64,000 bases of DNA from Bdellovibrionota bacterium (GCA_041740355.1 JBGSMD010000011.1:57462-121461); one strand, 5' to 3'; numbered from the stretch's first letter, positions 22,017 through 34,616 are shown. Notes: generated by a model not told the origin, from the letters alone. Translations and numbers: made by a program.

Positions 22017-24095
22017 CTAACGATTTTCAATGCTATTGATCAATGCTACTAAGCCAAAGATACAAGTTAACCAAGAATTGTTACTTAATGCCGTCGGTTG
22101 TTTGGCTAACATTTGACCATATTGTAATGGGTCCTGATAAATTTTTACTGCTTGTTGAATTTTAATACCTAAATCTGTTGTGAGTCCGTTGTAAGTTGGT
22201 ATTGCCATGCGATCGTAAGGACTAGATGCCGATAGAATTCCTCTCCAATCTTCAGCATTATTATAACCAGAATCAGAGAATAATAAACCATCAACACTAT
22301 CTTTAATCTGCTCTCCTAATCCCCCTGTATTATGAGCAATAACCGGAGTGCCAATAGAATCTCTTCCCGATCCGCGCCATTCAGGAACCATGCCAAAAGG
22401 CTCATAAAGTGATGGCATTATTGCCCAACTCGATCCCGAGAAGAGTCCTTCGCGAAGATTTCCCTCTAACCAATCTGTTAGGAAAACTAATCGACCAGCT
22501 GAGCGCATTGCGACTTCCTCCATTTGGCCAAACATAACATCGCCATAAAGTTCGCGAGAAAAGCCCGCAGCTCCAATAACGAAACGTGCATTTAAATCTT
22601 TTGGAATATGATCCGCAATTGCTTTTAAAGCCAAGAGGTGACCTTTTTGATTCCAATCAAAACGACCCATCATGGAAAAAATAGGAATATCATTTGCTAA
22701 ATTACAAATTCCATCTCTAGTATCTTCTTCCTGCCAATGACCGATGACTCTTCGTCCACCATCTTGCAAATCAGATCTTCTTTGTGAATCTAGAAATATT
22801 GCTAAGGTTTTTAATAACTCCTGTTGGGAATTGAGTTTTAGTTTGACTAATTGAGTGACATCACCAGAAAGTGCATTGCGTGTAGCCTCCACAATTTCTG
22901 GCTTAGTTCTAACTCTTCCAAAGACACCATTTGGCAAACCAGTGACTCCATGAAATTTCATTAAAAAATGTAAATTAGTGTCGATTGGTAATTTATAGGG
23001 ACGATCTACTATTTCTGCCGCAAACCCTTCGCTCACAGCCATTAAGGGAGCAGATGTTAGTCCAATCATTCGGGATAAATGAGTATGTCGTTTAGCTGCA
23101 CCTTGTTCATCAAGCCAATACTCATCTGCAGAACGATCGGTAATATGTCGTAATTCACCAGGAGTTAAATCGAAGTCAAAAACATTATGTAAGCCAATAG
23201 CAGCATGCCCATTTTTAATATAACCACCGGCAATTTGTTCTGTAAAAGTTAAGACCGAGGCGGCTAAATGAAAGTCTTGAGGAAGTAGAACTATATTTTC
23301 AGAAATACCAATTGCTTTTAGTACTTCAGGTATTGCCCTAGAACCAAATAAAAAATCTTTTTGTGACTTCCAATGAGAATCATGATCGCCATGGTAAGAG
23401 TAGGGAGGAGTATTTGCTTCAAAAAAACCTTTCGCTTCAAATAAATACCAGTCATTAATACTACCATCTTTTTTTATATCTAATAAGCGATAAATATTAG
23501 TATCGACTAATGAGCGTTCCCAATTATGGTCTGGCTCACCAAAGGGAACTTGACAGGTACCAACATGAAATAAAAATTCATTGGAACGACTAGCGACTTG
23601 TGCGCAATCACTTAGTGGAATTTCATTTGCTTCGCATCTGGCAAAGCGAGTAAATGCTGCACTATCTCTAGATGTGGACATCTCTAGCACTGCCTCGCGA
23701 GCCTCGCGATAATGGGAGGCATTTCCACCTTTATGGAAAGGGCTAACTCGAATCATATGATCGGGTTCGGGAGTTGAGATCGCAGTTTCTCGTAAATCCC
23801 TAAAGGCACGAGGTAGATTCTCAGCAACAGGATAAAGTCCCCCAGCTTTTCCAGTTGGATTTTCGTAGGCCGCGTAGACAAACATTCTACCAAATGGCAA
23901 AAGAGCACTTGATTTTAATACTCGTTCTAAACGTTCCAGGTCACCCTTTTGTCTTTCATTTCCAGCGGAATCTAAGAATAGATTTCTTGTGGTGTGAGGA
24001 TTCCATTTCCATTCATCTGGTGTGCAGGTCGCATCGTAGACTTTGGGGGTAGGAGTAGATCTTCCAGTGGATACAACAAACATCAAATACATCAA
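22017..24095 (-). CDS. Divergent glycogen/starch synthase-like GT-B glycosyltransferase
   Basis: YENPTGKAGGL (KxGGL motif), QDFH, MGRFDWNQKG, MPSLYEPFG, HNTGGL. Confidence 0.75.
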   Translation of the reverse strand: MMYLMFVVSTGRSTPTPKVYDATCTPDEWKWNPHTTRNLFLDSAGNERQKGDLERLERVLKSSALLPFGRMFVYAAYENPTGKAGGLYPVAENLPRAFRDLRETAISTPEPDHMIRVSPFHKGGNASHYREAREAVLEMSTSRDSAAFTRFARCEANEIPLSDCAQVASRSNEFLFHVGTCQVPFGEPDHNWERSLVDTNIYRLLDIKKDGSINDWYLFEAKGFFEANTPPYSYHGDHDSHWKSQKDFLFGSRAIPEVLKAIGISENIVLLPQDFHLAASVLTFTEQIAGGYIKNGHAAIGLHNVFDFDLTPGELRHITDRSADEYWLDEQGAAKRHTHLSRMIGLTSAPLMAVSEGFAAEIVDRPYKLPIDTNLHFLMKFHGVTGLPNGVFGRVRTKPEIVEATRNALSGDVTQLVKLKLNSQQELLKTLAIFLDSQRRSDLQDGGRRVIGHWQEEDTRDGICNLANDIPIFSMMGRFDWNQKGHLLALKAIADHIPKDLNARFVIGAAGFSRELYGDVMFGQMEEVAMRSAGRLVFLTDWLEGNLREGLFSGSSWAIMPSLYEPFGMVPEWRGSGRDSIGTPVIAHNTGGLGEQIKDSVDGLLFSDSGYNNAEDWRGILSASSPYDRMAIPTYNGLTTDLGIKIQQAVKIYQDPLQYGQMLAKQPTALSNNSWLTCIFGLVALINSIENR

Positions 24096-24933
24096 TAAAA
24101 CTAAGGGCGCGTATAATATTACTTATTGTATTACTATGCAAATTAAATAATATTATGAGTAATGCAGTAGTAAATATAATTGAATGACATGGACGGAGGA
24201 TACTTAATATAGGGGAGTTGACTGTCCAAAAATGCGGGGAAGGTCAAGGAGTCTATCTGAATCTTGAATTTGATATTAGAGGTGTAGTTTATTTTTCAGT
24301 AGCTTTATATTGCAAAGGTTCAAAAGCTGCCAATCAATCTGCCCCATATTTTTCGAGACCAGCATGGTATTTTCTTGATAGTCAAGGAAAAATAACAAAA
24401 GAAATAACAGTAGAAAGTGCAGGAAGTATGTCCTGGAAATGTAGGTCATAACGCTCATTTGTTTCACGCTTCATTTCTTTAATTTGTTTTCAGAAACAGT
24501 CCATTTTATAATTATAAATTATAAAAACCGACTAGATCACAATGTTTTTTTTGCAGTTAGTTTCAATTTGTTAGCTTAAATCGCGAAGACTTTTTTCTGA
24601 ACAAACTCCTACATGTCCCAAAGACTTTGTAGGGAAGGGATATCGTCAACAACCGACCTAGCTTCAAAAGTTTACTTGATTTTAACAATCAACTTGACTT
24701 GCTTAAAAAGGGGAATTTCAAGCATAGCCTTGAGTTTTACTTTAGACTAAGAACTTAGCCTAGGTAATGGGCCACAAAAAGTAATCCTAGTTTAATTTGA
24801 TAAGTTTAGTTTCGGTATGATGAATGATTCTATTTTGTTGAAAGTTAAGTACTTCTTAAAGGTTAAAATCTCGATTATCCTTCGGTTATCATGTGTTCAG
24901 ATTTAGTCTTAACAAATATTTTTTCAATATAAT

Positions 24934-26223
24934 ATGAAAAATCATATTTTTAAATATTTAATTTTCTTCTTCTTTTTCTTTATCTTTTATACTCAATTTA
25001 AAGTTCCTAGATTAAATTACATCGATAATAATTCGGGAGTTTATAAAATTCACGGGAAGATTGCCAACTCCCATGAAAGGGGTTTGTTTAGTCATGGCGG
25101 GCTTCTTGGGTGGTGCTATGTTCATCCATCAGAATTAAGTGAAACACTAAAGGATTTTGACTCTGGTCCAAGAAATTGGAACGCTCAATTTCATTTTTAT
25201 AACAACCAATCTTGCCGATTATTTAATCCTTATTTATCTCAGTCCGGTGGCCAAGGGATATTATTTAGCATTATTGATATGCTTATCCAGTACGAACAAC
25301 TTTATCAAATATTTTCAATTTTAATTCTTTCCTTAGTTTTGACCTTGTGGTCAATTTGGATAAAAGTCACTTTCGGTTCATTAGTAGCATCTATCAATTG
25401 TTTAACCTTTTTGCTCCTCGACTGGGTTATTATGTTTAGCTCAAACATTTCCCTCTTACTTGGTTTGAACTACCTACCTTTTGTCGCAATACTTTGGTGT
25501 TTGAATAAAAATTCTGACAAATTAATTTTAATAACGGCAACTACAGTCTTAATAAAGTTTTTCTTAACGGGACCTGAATTTTTATTCCCCTTGTTTTTTA
25601 TGATCTTTCTACCCCTTATTTTTTTCACAATTTTAAGAAAACAAGACTATCAGTTCTTCTTAAAATCTTCGGCAAAGATTTTTGCCGGATTTGTTATCGC
25701 AAGTGTTCTTAGTGTAATGATTCTGACAATCCAGATGTTGGATTTTATGACATTTGATCAGGTTATTCAAAGATATATTTACACCTTCGAAAAACGTAGC
25801 TTCGGAGATCCAAATATTCATATTAAATACTCTAAATCTTTAAATTACCCAATATTTGAAGCTATAAAATTATACTTTAGTATACCTGCAATAAGTTTTT
25901 CAAAGCTCTTTAAGATCAATTTTGCTGAATTAACTTTTTTCTATTTGATAATTACAGCAATCTTATTGTGGATAGAACAGAAGCTTGCTAGAACATCGCA
26001 GGCCTTAATGATCTGCACGTGGATTAGTATTCTTTGCCCGCTATCTTATATTATCATTACAAAGCCTCATGCTGTTGCCCATCAACGTTTTGGTCCTATA
26101 GCTTGGCATTTACCATTTATCTTATTTGGAATGTTGCTAACATCCGTAACTATAATTTGCCTATTAAAGAAATTTCAAAAATTTGGAAAGTATTTAGAGA
26201 GTCCAAAAACTAATTTCACTTAA
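24934..26223 (+). CDS. Polytopic membrane protein, possibly GT-C-like
   Basis: 429-aa ORF, about 9 hydrophobic segments, PYLSQSGGQG periplasmic motif. Confidence 0.65.
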   Translation: MKNHIFKYLIFFFFFFIFYTQFKVPRLNYIDNNSGVYKIHGKIANSHERGLFSHGGLLGWCYVHPSELSETLKDFDSGPRNWNAQFHFYNNQSCRLFNPYLSQSGGQGILFSIIDMLIQYEQLYQIFSILILSLVLTLWSIWIKVTFGSLVASINCLTFLLLDWVIMFSSNISLLLGLNYLPFVAILWCLNKNSDKLILITATTVLIKFFLTGPEFLFPLFFMIFLPLIFFTILRKQDYQFFLKSSAKIFAGFVIASVLSVMILTIQMLDFMTFDQVIQRYIYTFEKRSFGDPNIHIKYSKSLNYPIFEAIKLYFSIPAISFSKLFKINFAELTFFYLIITAILLWIEQKLARTSQALMICTWISILCPLSYIIITKPHAVAHQRFGPIAWHLPFILFGMLLTSVTIICLLKKFQKFGKYLESPKTNFT

Positions 26224-26337
26224 GGAGATTATGTTTGTGGACTCGGGCTTTTTAAAGCCTGATTTTACTATATTTTCAGAATTGATTAAATTTAATTAAT
26301 CTTGTTATTCCTTGATTGTCGAAAGGGGCGACTGCGC

Positions 26338-28573
<2,236 letters not shown>

Positions 28574-28591
28574 TTAATTTTTGATAAATTA

Positions 28592-28894
28592 TTACGCTTC
28601 TAAAACGCCATAAACATCATCTTCTTTCATGATCAATAATTCTTGACCATCGATTTTGATTTCATTTCCAGAATATTTTCCAAAAATTACTGTATCACCA
28701 ACTTTAACATCAACTGGACGAACAGAACCGTCTTCTGCAATGCGTCCTTTGCCAATTGCAACTACTTCGCCTTTTTGTGGTTTTTCCTGAGCAGAATCAG
28801 GGATGTATAAACCAGATTCAGTTTGTGCACTGCTATCAAGTCGTTTAACTAGGATACGTTCGCCTAATGGACGAATCTTTCCGTTTTTGCTCAT
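28592..28894 (-). CDS. groES: Co-chaperonin GroES
   Basis: IRPLGERILV, SGLYIPDSAQEKPQ, VKVGDTVIFGKYSG; AGGAG RBS upstream. Confidence 0.98.
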   Translation of the reverse strand: MSKNGKIRPLGERILVKRLDSSAQTESGLYIPDSAQEKPQKGEVVAIGKGRIAEDGSVRPVDVKVGDTVIFGKYSGNEIKIDGQELLIMKEDDVYGVLEA

Positions 28895-29023
28895 TTTTAT
28901 CTCCTAATAAATGTTTTAACAAAAAAATGAATTCCAAAAGTTCTATGATATAGAACAATTCACTCAATTAAATTTGAGTCTTTCAGTCGATGATGGATAT
29001 CATCTAAATATCGACCCCCGTAT

Positions 29024-29052
29024 TAATGGACATGATTAAAGCAAAATTCAAG
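29024..29052 (-). promoter_or_regulatory. Putative sigma32-like heat-shock promoter of groESL
   Basis: Minus strand CTTGAA-N15-GTCCATTA compared with consensus CTTGAA-N13-15-CCCCATNT. Confidence 0.45.
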
Positions 29053-29523
29053 GTTTTAAGATAATTTTTTTCCTGATTGTTGTCATAAAAGTTCAGATAA
29101 TGATTATAATTCGTTTAAAATCAGCCTAAGTACTATAATTTCTTGTAACTTTTTGAATAGCCAGAGGTATGTAATTGAAAAATTAAAATTTTCAGGTTTT
29201 TCCAAACTCTTTATTCCAATTTATAAATGACAAAATTTAAAGTCAGTTTTTTGCTAAATTTAGCAAGATTGTTTAATATATTTCTTCTGTAGTGGTTTGG
29301 CAGTTAATAAGTTAAAAGTTAATACTATTTGTGTTGTCTTTGCCGTGCGAAATTGGTGCCCCAATATTCACACTCTCTGTAAAGTGTTATTAATCCTGCA
29401 ATTCTTGATGAACTTTACTCTAGAACTGCTTCAGCAATTTCTAAGTTCTTAAGTCAGTAGAGGATTAAACAAGCAATCTCTATTAATAAACCAGCATAAG
29501 ATTTAATATATTTAACAAGCTCT

Positions 29524-30687
29524 GTGGCAAATAAAAGTCCAAATAATTTCAATTATTCATTACGTAACGATCTGATTCAACAAATAATCGCTGAAGGTTT
29601 GGGGCAGGGTGTCTTTCCAGGTTGCTGCTTGTCGGTCGGTTCTCGTGGTCAAACACTTTTTCATAATGCTTACGGTAACTTTTTCCCAGAATCTGAAACT
29701 GAGAAAAATCCCACTGTTACAACTGATACAGTTTATGATTTGGGAACATTAAGTTCTGTAATTGGAACTGTAACTACGATTTGGTCTTTAATTAATCAAA
29801 ATTTTCTAAGCTTTGAAGATCAGGTTATTCGATTCCAACAAAGTTTTTCTGTACATGGCAAAGCCTCGATCACCGTGGGAGATCTTTTATACCATCTTTC
29901 TGGTCTTGCCTCCGAGCAAAATTATCATGAGGAAATTAGTAAGGATAGTCTTAATAAGTCTCTCGGACTAATGACAAGTCCTGGTGCCAAGGAATATGTT
30001 TACAATCGTATTAATCGGGCTCGCCTTAGATCAAAGCCACATGAGGTGCAAAGATTTAGTTCTGTTGGTTTTATTCTTCTTGGGAGGATTATTGAGAATC
30101 TTACCGGTAAAAGTTTAGATGATTCCGTAACTGAGCATGTATTCAAACCGCTTAAGTTAAATTCTACCGGCTATATTAACTTAAATCGTTTAAAAACTGG
30201 GATTCGAACTGATTTGGATATGGTTGCTCCAACAGAGGATTGCACTTGGAGAAAGAAACAGCTTTGGGGGGAAGTACAAGATGATGTTGCTTGGACTATG
30301 GGTGGTGTAGCAGGGCATGCAGGTATTTTTTCGACACTTGAGGATTTAAGTTTGTTTTGTGAAGCAATTCTTTCTGCTTATCGGGGAAATTCGGAAGTAA
30401 TTAAACCTGAAATATTAAGACAAGCTTGGAACTTAGATGCTTCTAACCAAGGATTAAGGTACGTTGGTGGCTGGGAAAAGGCACATAAGGAAAACCAATT
30501 ATTAAATTGTGGTTTTAGCGAACAAGCATTTGGGTTTTGTTCTAATAGTGGTTGTTTGATTTGGATTGATCCAGAAGTTGATTTGCACATCGTTTTCCTT
30601 TCTAATGCTCTATGTCCAAGTCGTAACAATAAACGAATCATGAATTTTATGCCGCAATTGCTTAAAGCCATTCGTGAGAGTTTTTAA
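29524..30687 (+). CDS. Beta-lactamase-family serine hydrolase homolog with degenerate catalytic motifs
   Basis: FPG, DTVYDL, ITVGDLLYHLSGL, LLGRIIENLTG, GEVQDD..GGVAGHAGIFST. The SxxK position reads TLSS. Confidence 0.85.
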   Translation: MANKSPNNFNYSLRNDLIQQIIAEGLGQGVFPGCCLSVGSRGQTLFHNAYGNFFPESETEKNPTVTTDTVYDLGTLSSVIGTVTTIWSLINQNFLSFEDQVIRFQQSFSVHGKASITVGDLLYHLSGLASEQNYHEEISKDSLNKSLGLMTSPGAKEYVYNRINRARLRSKPHEVQRFSSVGFILLGRIIENLTGKSLDDSVTEHVFKPLKLNSTGYINLNRLKTGIRTDLDMVAPTEDCTWRKKQLWGEVQDDVAWTMGGVAGHAGIFSTLEDLSLFCEAILSAYRGNSEVIKPEILRQAWNLDASNQGLRYVGGWEKAHKENQLLNCGFSEQAFGFCSNSGCLIWIDPEVDLHIVFLSNALCPSRNNKRIMNFMPQLLKAIRESF

Positions 30688-30798
30688 AGACTAAGCCGGT
30701 AAACCCTCTGCTCGTTATTTTTGAAAATATCAAAGATAACCAAGGAGGGTTTTATGTTGTTTTCTACGGCAAAAATGGCATAGCCATTATTTTGCTCG

Positions 30799-30837
30799 CC
30801 CAACGTCATTTATTTTTTATTAAAAAATGACGTTGGG
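30799..30837. terminator. 13-bp inverted repeat just upstream of prfA
   Basis: CCCAACGTCATTT-N13-AAATGACGTTGGG followed by TTTATTT. Confidence 0.5.
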
Positions 30838-30855
30838 TTTATTTGAGTTATACAG

Positions 30856-31926
30856 ATGTTAGATAAATTAGCAGAACTAGAAAGAAAATTTGAAAGTATC
30901 ACCGAGAAACTTTATTCTCCAGAAGTTGGATCACAACCAGACTTACTTAGAAAATATTCCAAAGAACAAAAAGATCTTAAGCCCCTGATTGAAACTTTTC
31001 GTACTTATAAAGCTGCTGTAAGTGAATTAAAAGACATCAAAGAATTATTAAATACTAGCAAGGATGCTGATATTATTGAAATGGCTAAGGAGGAATTAAA
31101 TCCTCTGGAAAGTACAGTGGCGGACTTGGCGGAGCAACTAAGGGTTTTATTGATTCCTAAAGATCCCAATGATGATAAAAACATTATTTTAGAAATTCGC
31201 GCTGGTGCAGGTGGAGATGAGTCGGGGATTTTTAGTGGGGATCTTTTTAAAATGTATACCCGCTACGCAGAAGCTCGTGGTTGGAAAGTGGAACCATTAT
31301 CTCTTAGTCAAGCTTCGGCGGGGGGATTCAAAGAAGTTATAGCCATGATTAGTGGAGAAGGGGCTTATAGCCGTTTTAAATTTGAACGTGGTGTACACCG
31401 TGTTCAACGTGTTCCAGAAACAGAAACTCAAGGCCGAATTCATACTTCCACTGTAACTGTTGCAATTCTTCCCGAAGCCGAGGACGTAGAAATTGAAATT
31501 AATCAAAATGATTTAAGAATTGATGTTTATCGTGCTGGTGGCCACGGTGGTCAGAGCGTTAATACAACTGACTCAGCTGTTAGGATTACACACTTACCAA
31601 CAAATACAGTTGTTTGTATGCAGGATGAAAAATCTCAGTTGAAAAATAAAGAGAAGGGGATGAAAATTCTTAAATCCCGACTACTCGAAGCTAAAGAAGC
31701 TGCAGCTCATGCCGAGCGTACTGCGGATCGTCGTTCACAAGTTGGAACGGGAGATCGTTCCGAGAAGATTCGAACTTACAATTATCCCCAATCAAGAATT
31801 ACCGATCACCGAATTGGACTTTCTATCCACAGTATCGATCAAGTAATGAATGGTGACTTAGATCAGCTTGTCGATCCACTTAACTCGCATTTCCAAGCAG
31901 AAGCACTAAAGAATAATGAGAATTAA
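30856..31926 (+). CDS. prfA: Peptide chain release factor 1
   Basis: GVHRVQRVPETE (PxT motif), GGQSVN, RSEKIRTYNYPQ. Confidence 0.98.
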   Translation: MLDKLAELERKFESITEKLYSPEVGSQPDLLRKYSKEQKDLKPLIETFRTYKAAVSELKDIKELLNTSKDADIIEMAKEELNPLESTVADLAEQLRVLLIPKDPNDDKNIILEIRAGAGGDESGIFSGDLFKMYTRYAEARGWKVEPLSLSQASAGGFKEVIAMISGEGAYSRFKFERGVHRVQRVPETETQGRIHTSTVTVAILPEAEDVEIEINQNDLRIDVYRAGGHGGQSVNTTDSAVRITHLPTNTVVCMQDEKSQLKNKEKGMKILKSRLLEAKEAAAHAERTADRRSQVGTGDRSEKIRTYNYPQSRITDHRIGLSIHSIDQVMNGDLDQLVDPLNSHFQAEALKNNEN

Positions 31927-32070
31927 TTATTAACTTATGACCGAAGGTCATAAGTTAATAATTATCACGCCGTAGCTTTCTTGTCCGTTGTAGCTTTAGC
32001 GAAGGTGGAAGCGAAGGCGGATTACTTGGGAGAAGAAAGTCAAAGACCGAAGGTCATAAGATAATAATTA
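31924..32070. repeat. Hairpin cluster after prfA: perfect 19-bp stem, nested 30-bp element, second partial copy
   Basis: TAATTATTAACTTATGACC-GAA-GGTCATAAGTTAATAATTA; nested CCGYYGWAGCTTTAGCGAAGGNGGA elements; 25/26 repeat at 32045-32070. Confidence 0.85.
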
Positions 32071-32139
32071 ATAATTAAATAGTTATTACCCAATAGAACT
32101 CAAAAATGTTATTATAAACTAAGCCATCAATGATAAGTA

Positions 32140-32562
32140 ATGCCTAAACTGACTAATAATACAGATATTTCCCAAAAAATCGTCCTGATAGATGGAGTTT
32201 GTAATCTTTGTGTTGCAGTAGTTCACTTCATTCTCAAGAACGAAAAAAATCACGATATTAAATTTGCAAGTATTCAAGATTCTATTGGTGCAAAATCAAT
32301 GCAAAAGTACGGATTAGCTAAAGATGATTTATCCTCCGTTGTCCTAATTAAGAATAATCAAATCTATCAATACTCTGATGCCGCATTAGAAATTAGCAAA
32401 GACTTGAAGGCACCTTGGTCATTACTTAGTTATTTTAGATTTCTCCCTAAGCCTATTCGTGATTTTTTCTATAACATCATAGCTACAAACAGATATAAAA
32501 TTTTCGGCAAAAAAGACTCCTGCTTTATGCCAACTGCAGAATTAAAGAAAAGATTTCTCTAA
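32140..32562 (+). CDS. DCC family thiol-disulfide oxidoreductase (YuxK-like)
   Basis: DGVCNLC, FASIQ, YSDAAL, RD..YN.IA.NRYKIFGK..C. Confidence 0.92.
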   Translation: MPKLTNNTDISQKIVLIDGVCNLCVAVVHFILKNEKNHDIKFASIQDSIGAKSMQKYGLAKDDLSSVVLIKNNQIYQYSDAALEISKDLKAPWSLLSYFRFLPKPIRDFFYNIIATNRYKIFGKKDSCFMPTAELKKRFL

Positions 32563-33413
32563 TGAATTCCTTAGAAGTAATTAATCAGACCAATAAGTCG
32601 CTGATACTATCCACTACTCCTAGGCTTGATGTCGAGATCTTATTAGCTCATGTATTAGGATTGACGCGCAGTCAATTATTAATAGATAGCCGTAGAGAGA
32701 TTACAGCCGACGAATATAATAGTTTCATGGCTCTTGTTACCAAACGAAAAGAGGGGATTCCAGTCGCATATCTCCTAGGTAATAAAGAGTTTTGGGGTTT
32801 AGAATTTAAAGTTAGTCCTGCGGTACTAGTGCCACGACCCGAAACGGAACATTTGATTGAACGGGCACTTGAGATTATTGAAGAAAATAATTTATCGCCT
32901 GTTAAAATTTTAGAACTAGGTACTGGGTCAGGTTGTATAGCGATAAGCCTTGCCTATGAATTGCATAAATCCCAAATTGAATTTGAGATTTTGGCTGTAG
33001 ATTTTTCAAAAGATGCATTGCTTATCGCTGAAGAAAATTATCAAAATCTAATTCCCACTTTGCCTGTGAATTTTATTTATTCCAATTGGTTTCAGAATAT
33101 TAAACAACAAAAATTTGATTTGATTATTAGCAATCCACCTTATGTTAATGTTGACTTGCCTGACCTTTCTCCAGAGTTAAAATATGAGCCTGCTACTGCT
33201 CTCTTTTCTTCTGACTTAGGACTTACTGATATTTTTAAAATTATTACAGAGAGCCGAAATTATTTGAATAGTTCTGGGCAACTTTTAATAGAATTTGGTT
33301 CAGAGCAGCGATCTTTAGTTCAAGAACGCTTCAAACAATTATATCAAGATGCCCAGATTAATTTTATTCCTGATTTAGCAGGTAAAGATCGTATAATTGA
33401 AATCAAATTCTAA
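32562..33413 (+). CDS. prmC: Release factor glutamine methyltransferase
   Basis: PVAYLLG.KEFWG, VLVPRPETE, ELGTGSGCI, SNPPY. Confidence 0.96.
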   Translation: MNSLEVINQTNKSLILSTTPRLDVEILLAHVLGLTRSQLLIDSRREITADEYNSFMALVTKRKEGIPVAYLLGNKEFWGLEFKVSPAVLVPRPETEHLIERALEIIEENNLSPVKILELGTGSGCIAISLAYELHKSQIEFEILAVDFSKDALLIAEENYQNLIPTLPVNFIYSNWFQNIKQQKFDLIISNPPYVNVDLPDLSPELKYEPATALFSSDLGLTDIFKIITESRNYLNSSGQLLIEFGSEQRSLVQERFKQLYQDAQINFIPDLAGKDRIIEIKF

Positions 33414-33518
33414 ACTTCTCCAATAATAATTACTGTAAGTAGATCGCAAGAGTCCTTTTTCTTTAAATAAAATATCAGAACAAAACCTGTTTGCAGACCT
33501 CCTATGAATGTAATTTAA

Positions 33519-34016
33519 TTAGAAAGAAACTTTTGCGTTCATCTCCTGGCTATTAAGCTTAACCTTTTCACCTGTTACTTTAGCTTTAGTAGTCTCAATT
33601 AGATACTTAATCTTCATCATTCCACTATTGTCCCAATACTCGCCAGAGTTTGCTGTGAATCGTATTAGCGTAGCCTCCGGATCTTCCATTCCATCTTCGA
33701 ACCAGACATCGTATGCCGATTTCCAGATTGACTTAAGCTTACTAAGATTATTAACTTCCTCAGCTTGTCCATTTAATGTTAGGGAAGTTGTGAATCCATT
33801 CTGGGCAGTGATTAAAGCTTCGTCCGAAACATCAAGTACTTTAATTTGTTCACTTCTTTTATTAGTTATAAACCAAATATCATCGTCCTCATCAATTTCA
33901 GCAACTGCCATGGGTCTGGAATAGAATCCGTCGCTTTGATCATGAGTAGTTAACATACAAACTTTAAATTCATGCAAAATTTCGAATAATTTCTTTTCTT
34001 TTTCTTGATTATCCAT
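33519..34016 (-). CDS. General stress protein 26 / pyridoxamine 5'-phosphate oxidase-like
   Basis: CMLTT, SRPMA, IWFIT, W..WF.DG..DP, EYWD. Confidence 0.85.
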   Translation of the reverse strand: MDNQEKEKKLFEILHEFKVCMLTTHDQSDGFYSRPMAVAEIDEDDDIWFITNKRSEQIKVLDVSDEALITAQNGFTTSLTLNGQAEEVNNLSKLKSIWKSAYDVWFEDGMEDPEATLIRFTANSGEYWDNSGMMKIKYLIETTKAKVTGEKVKLNSQEMNAKVSF

Positions 34017-34052
34017 TTTTTATAATATTTGAAAACAAAATTGAATTTTAAA

Positions 34053-34616
34053 CTATCTTTCCAGTAATTGTTTCTTGTGTTTACCTTCCGAAAATTCTTC
34101 AATCATCTTAGCTACAAAAGCATTCAGATCTTGAGGAGTTCTGCTTGTGACCAATCCAGCATCACAGACCACTTCCTGATCTATCCATTTTGCACCAGCA
34201 TTTTCCAAATCTTTTCTAATGCTTATGAATGAAGTCATCGTTCGGTGTTTAACAACTTCAGCATCAATTAGAATTTGAGGTCCATGGCAAATTGCGGCAA
34301 CAGGTTTATGTTCTGCAAAGAAAGCACGCACAAATTTAACAGCTTCCTCATTACGTCGAAGTAAGTCAGGGTTAATTACTCCACCAGGTAAAAGGAGGGC
34401 ATCATATTCAGAAGTTGTTGTTGAAGAAAGAGTCTGGTCAACTTTATAAGTTTTCCCCCAGCTGCCATTAACCCAAGATTTAATATCACCAATTTCTAGC
34501 GAAACAATTTCAGTAATAGCACCTGCTTTTTCTAAAGCTTCTTGAGGTACCCTTAATTCTGACTCTTCAAATCCGTCTGTAGCTAAAATTGCTATTTTTT
34601 TGCCGTTTAAATTCAT
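34053..34616 (-). CDS. PfpI/DJ-1 family type 1 glutamine amidotransferase-like protein
   Basis: ATDGFEESEL, LPGGVINPD, AAICHGP, LVTSRTPQDL. Confidence 0.93.
   Translation of the reverse strand: MNLNGKKIAILATDGFEESELRVPQEALEKAGAITEIVSLEIGDIKSWVNGSWGKTYKVDQTLSSTTTSEYDALLLPGGVINPDLLRRNEEAVKFVRAFFAEHKPVAAICHGPQILIDAEVVKHRTMTSFISIRKDLENAGAKWIDQEVVCDAGLVTSRTPQDLNAFVAKMIEEFSEGKHKKQLLER

Noticed and set aside
24185-24187. TGA recoding (alternative genetic code or selenocysteine)
   Set aside because: Conserved genes use TGG for Trp with no internal TGA, and other ORFs end at TGA
28955-28985. Possible CIRCE upstream of groES (CACTC-N10-GAGTC)
   Set aside because: Spacer is 10 rather than 9, and the outer TTAG/CTAA arms are missing
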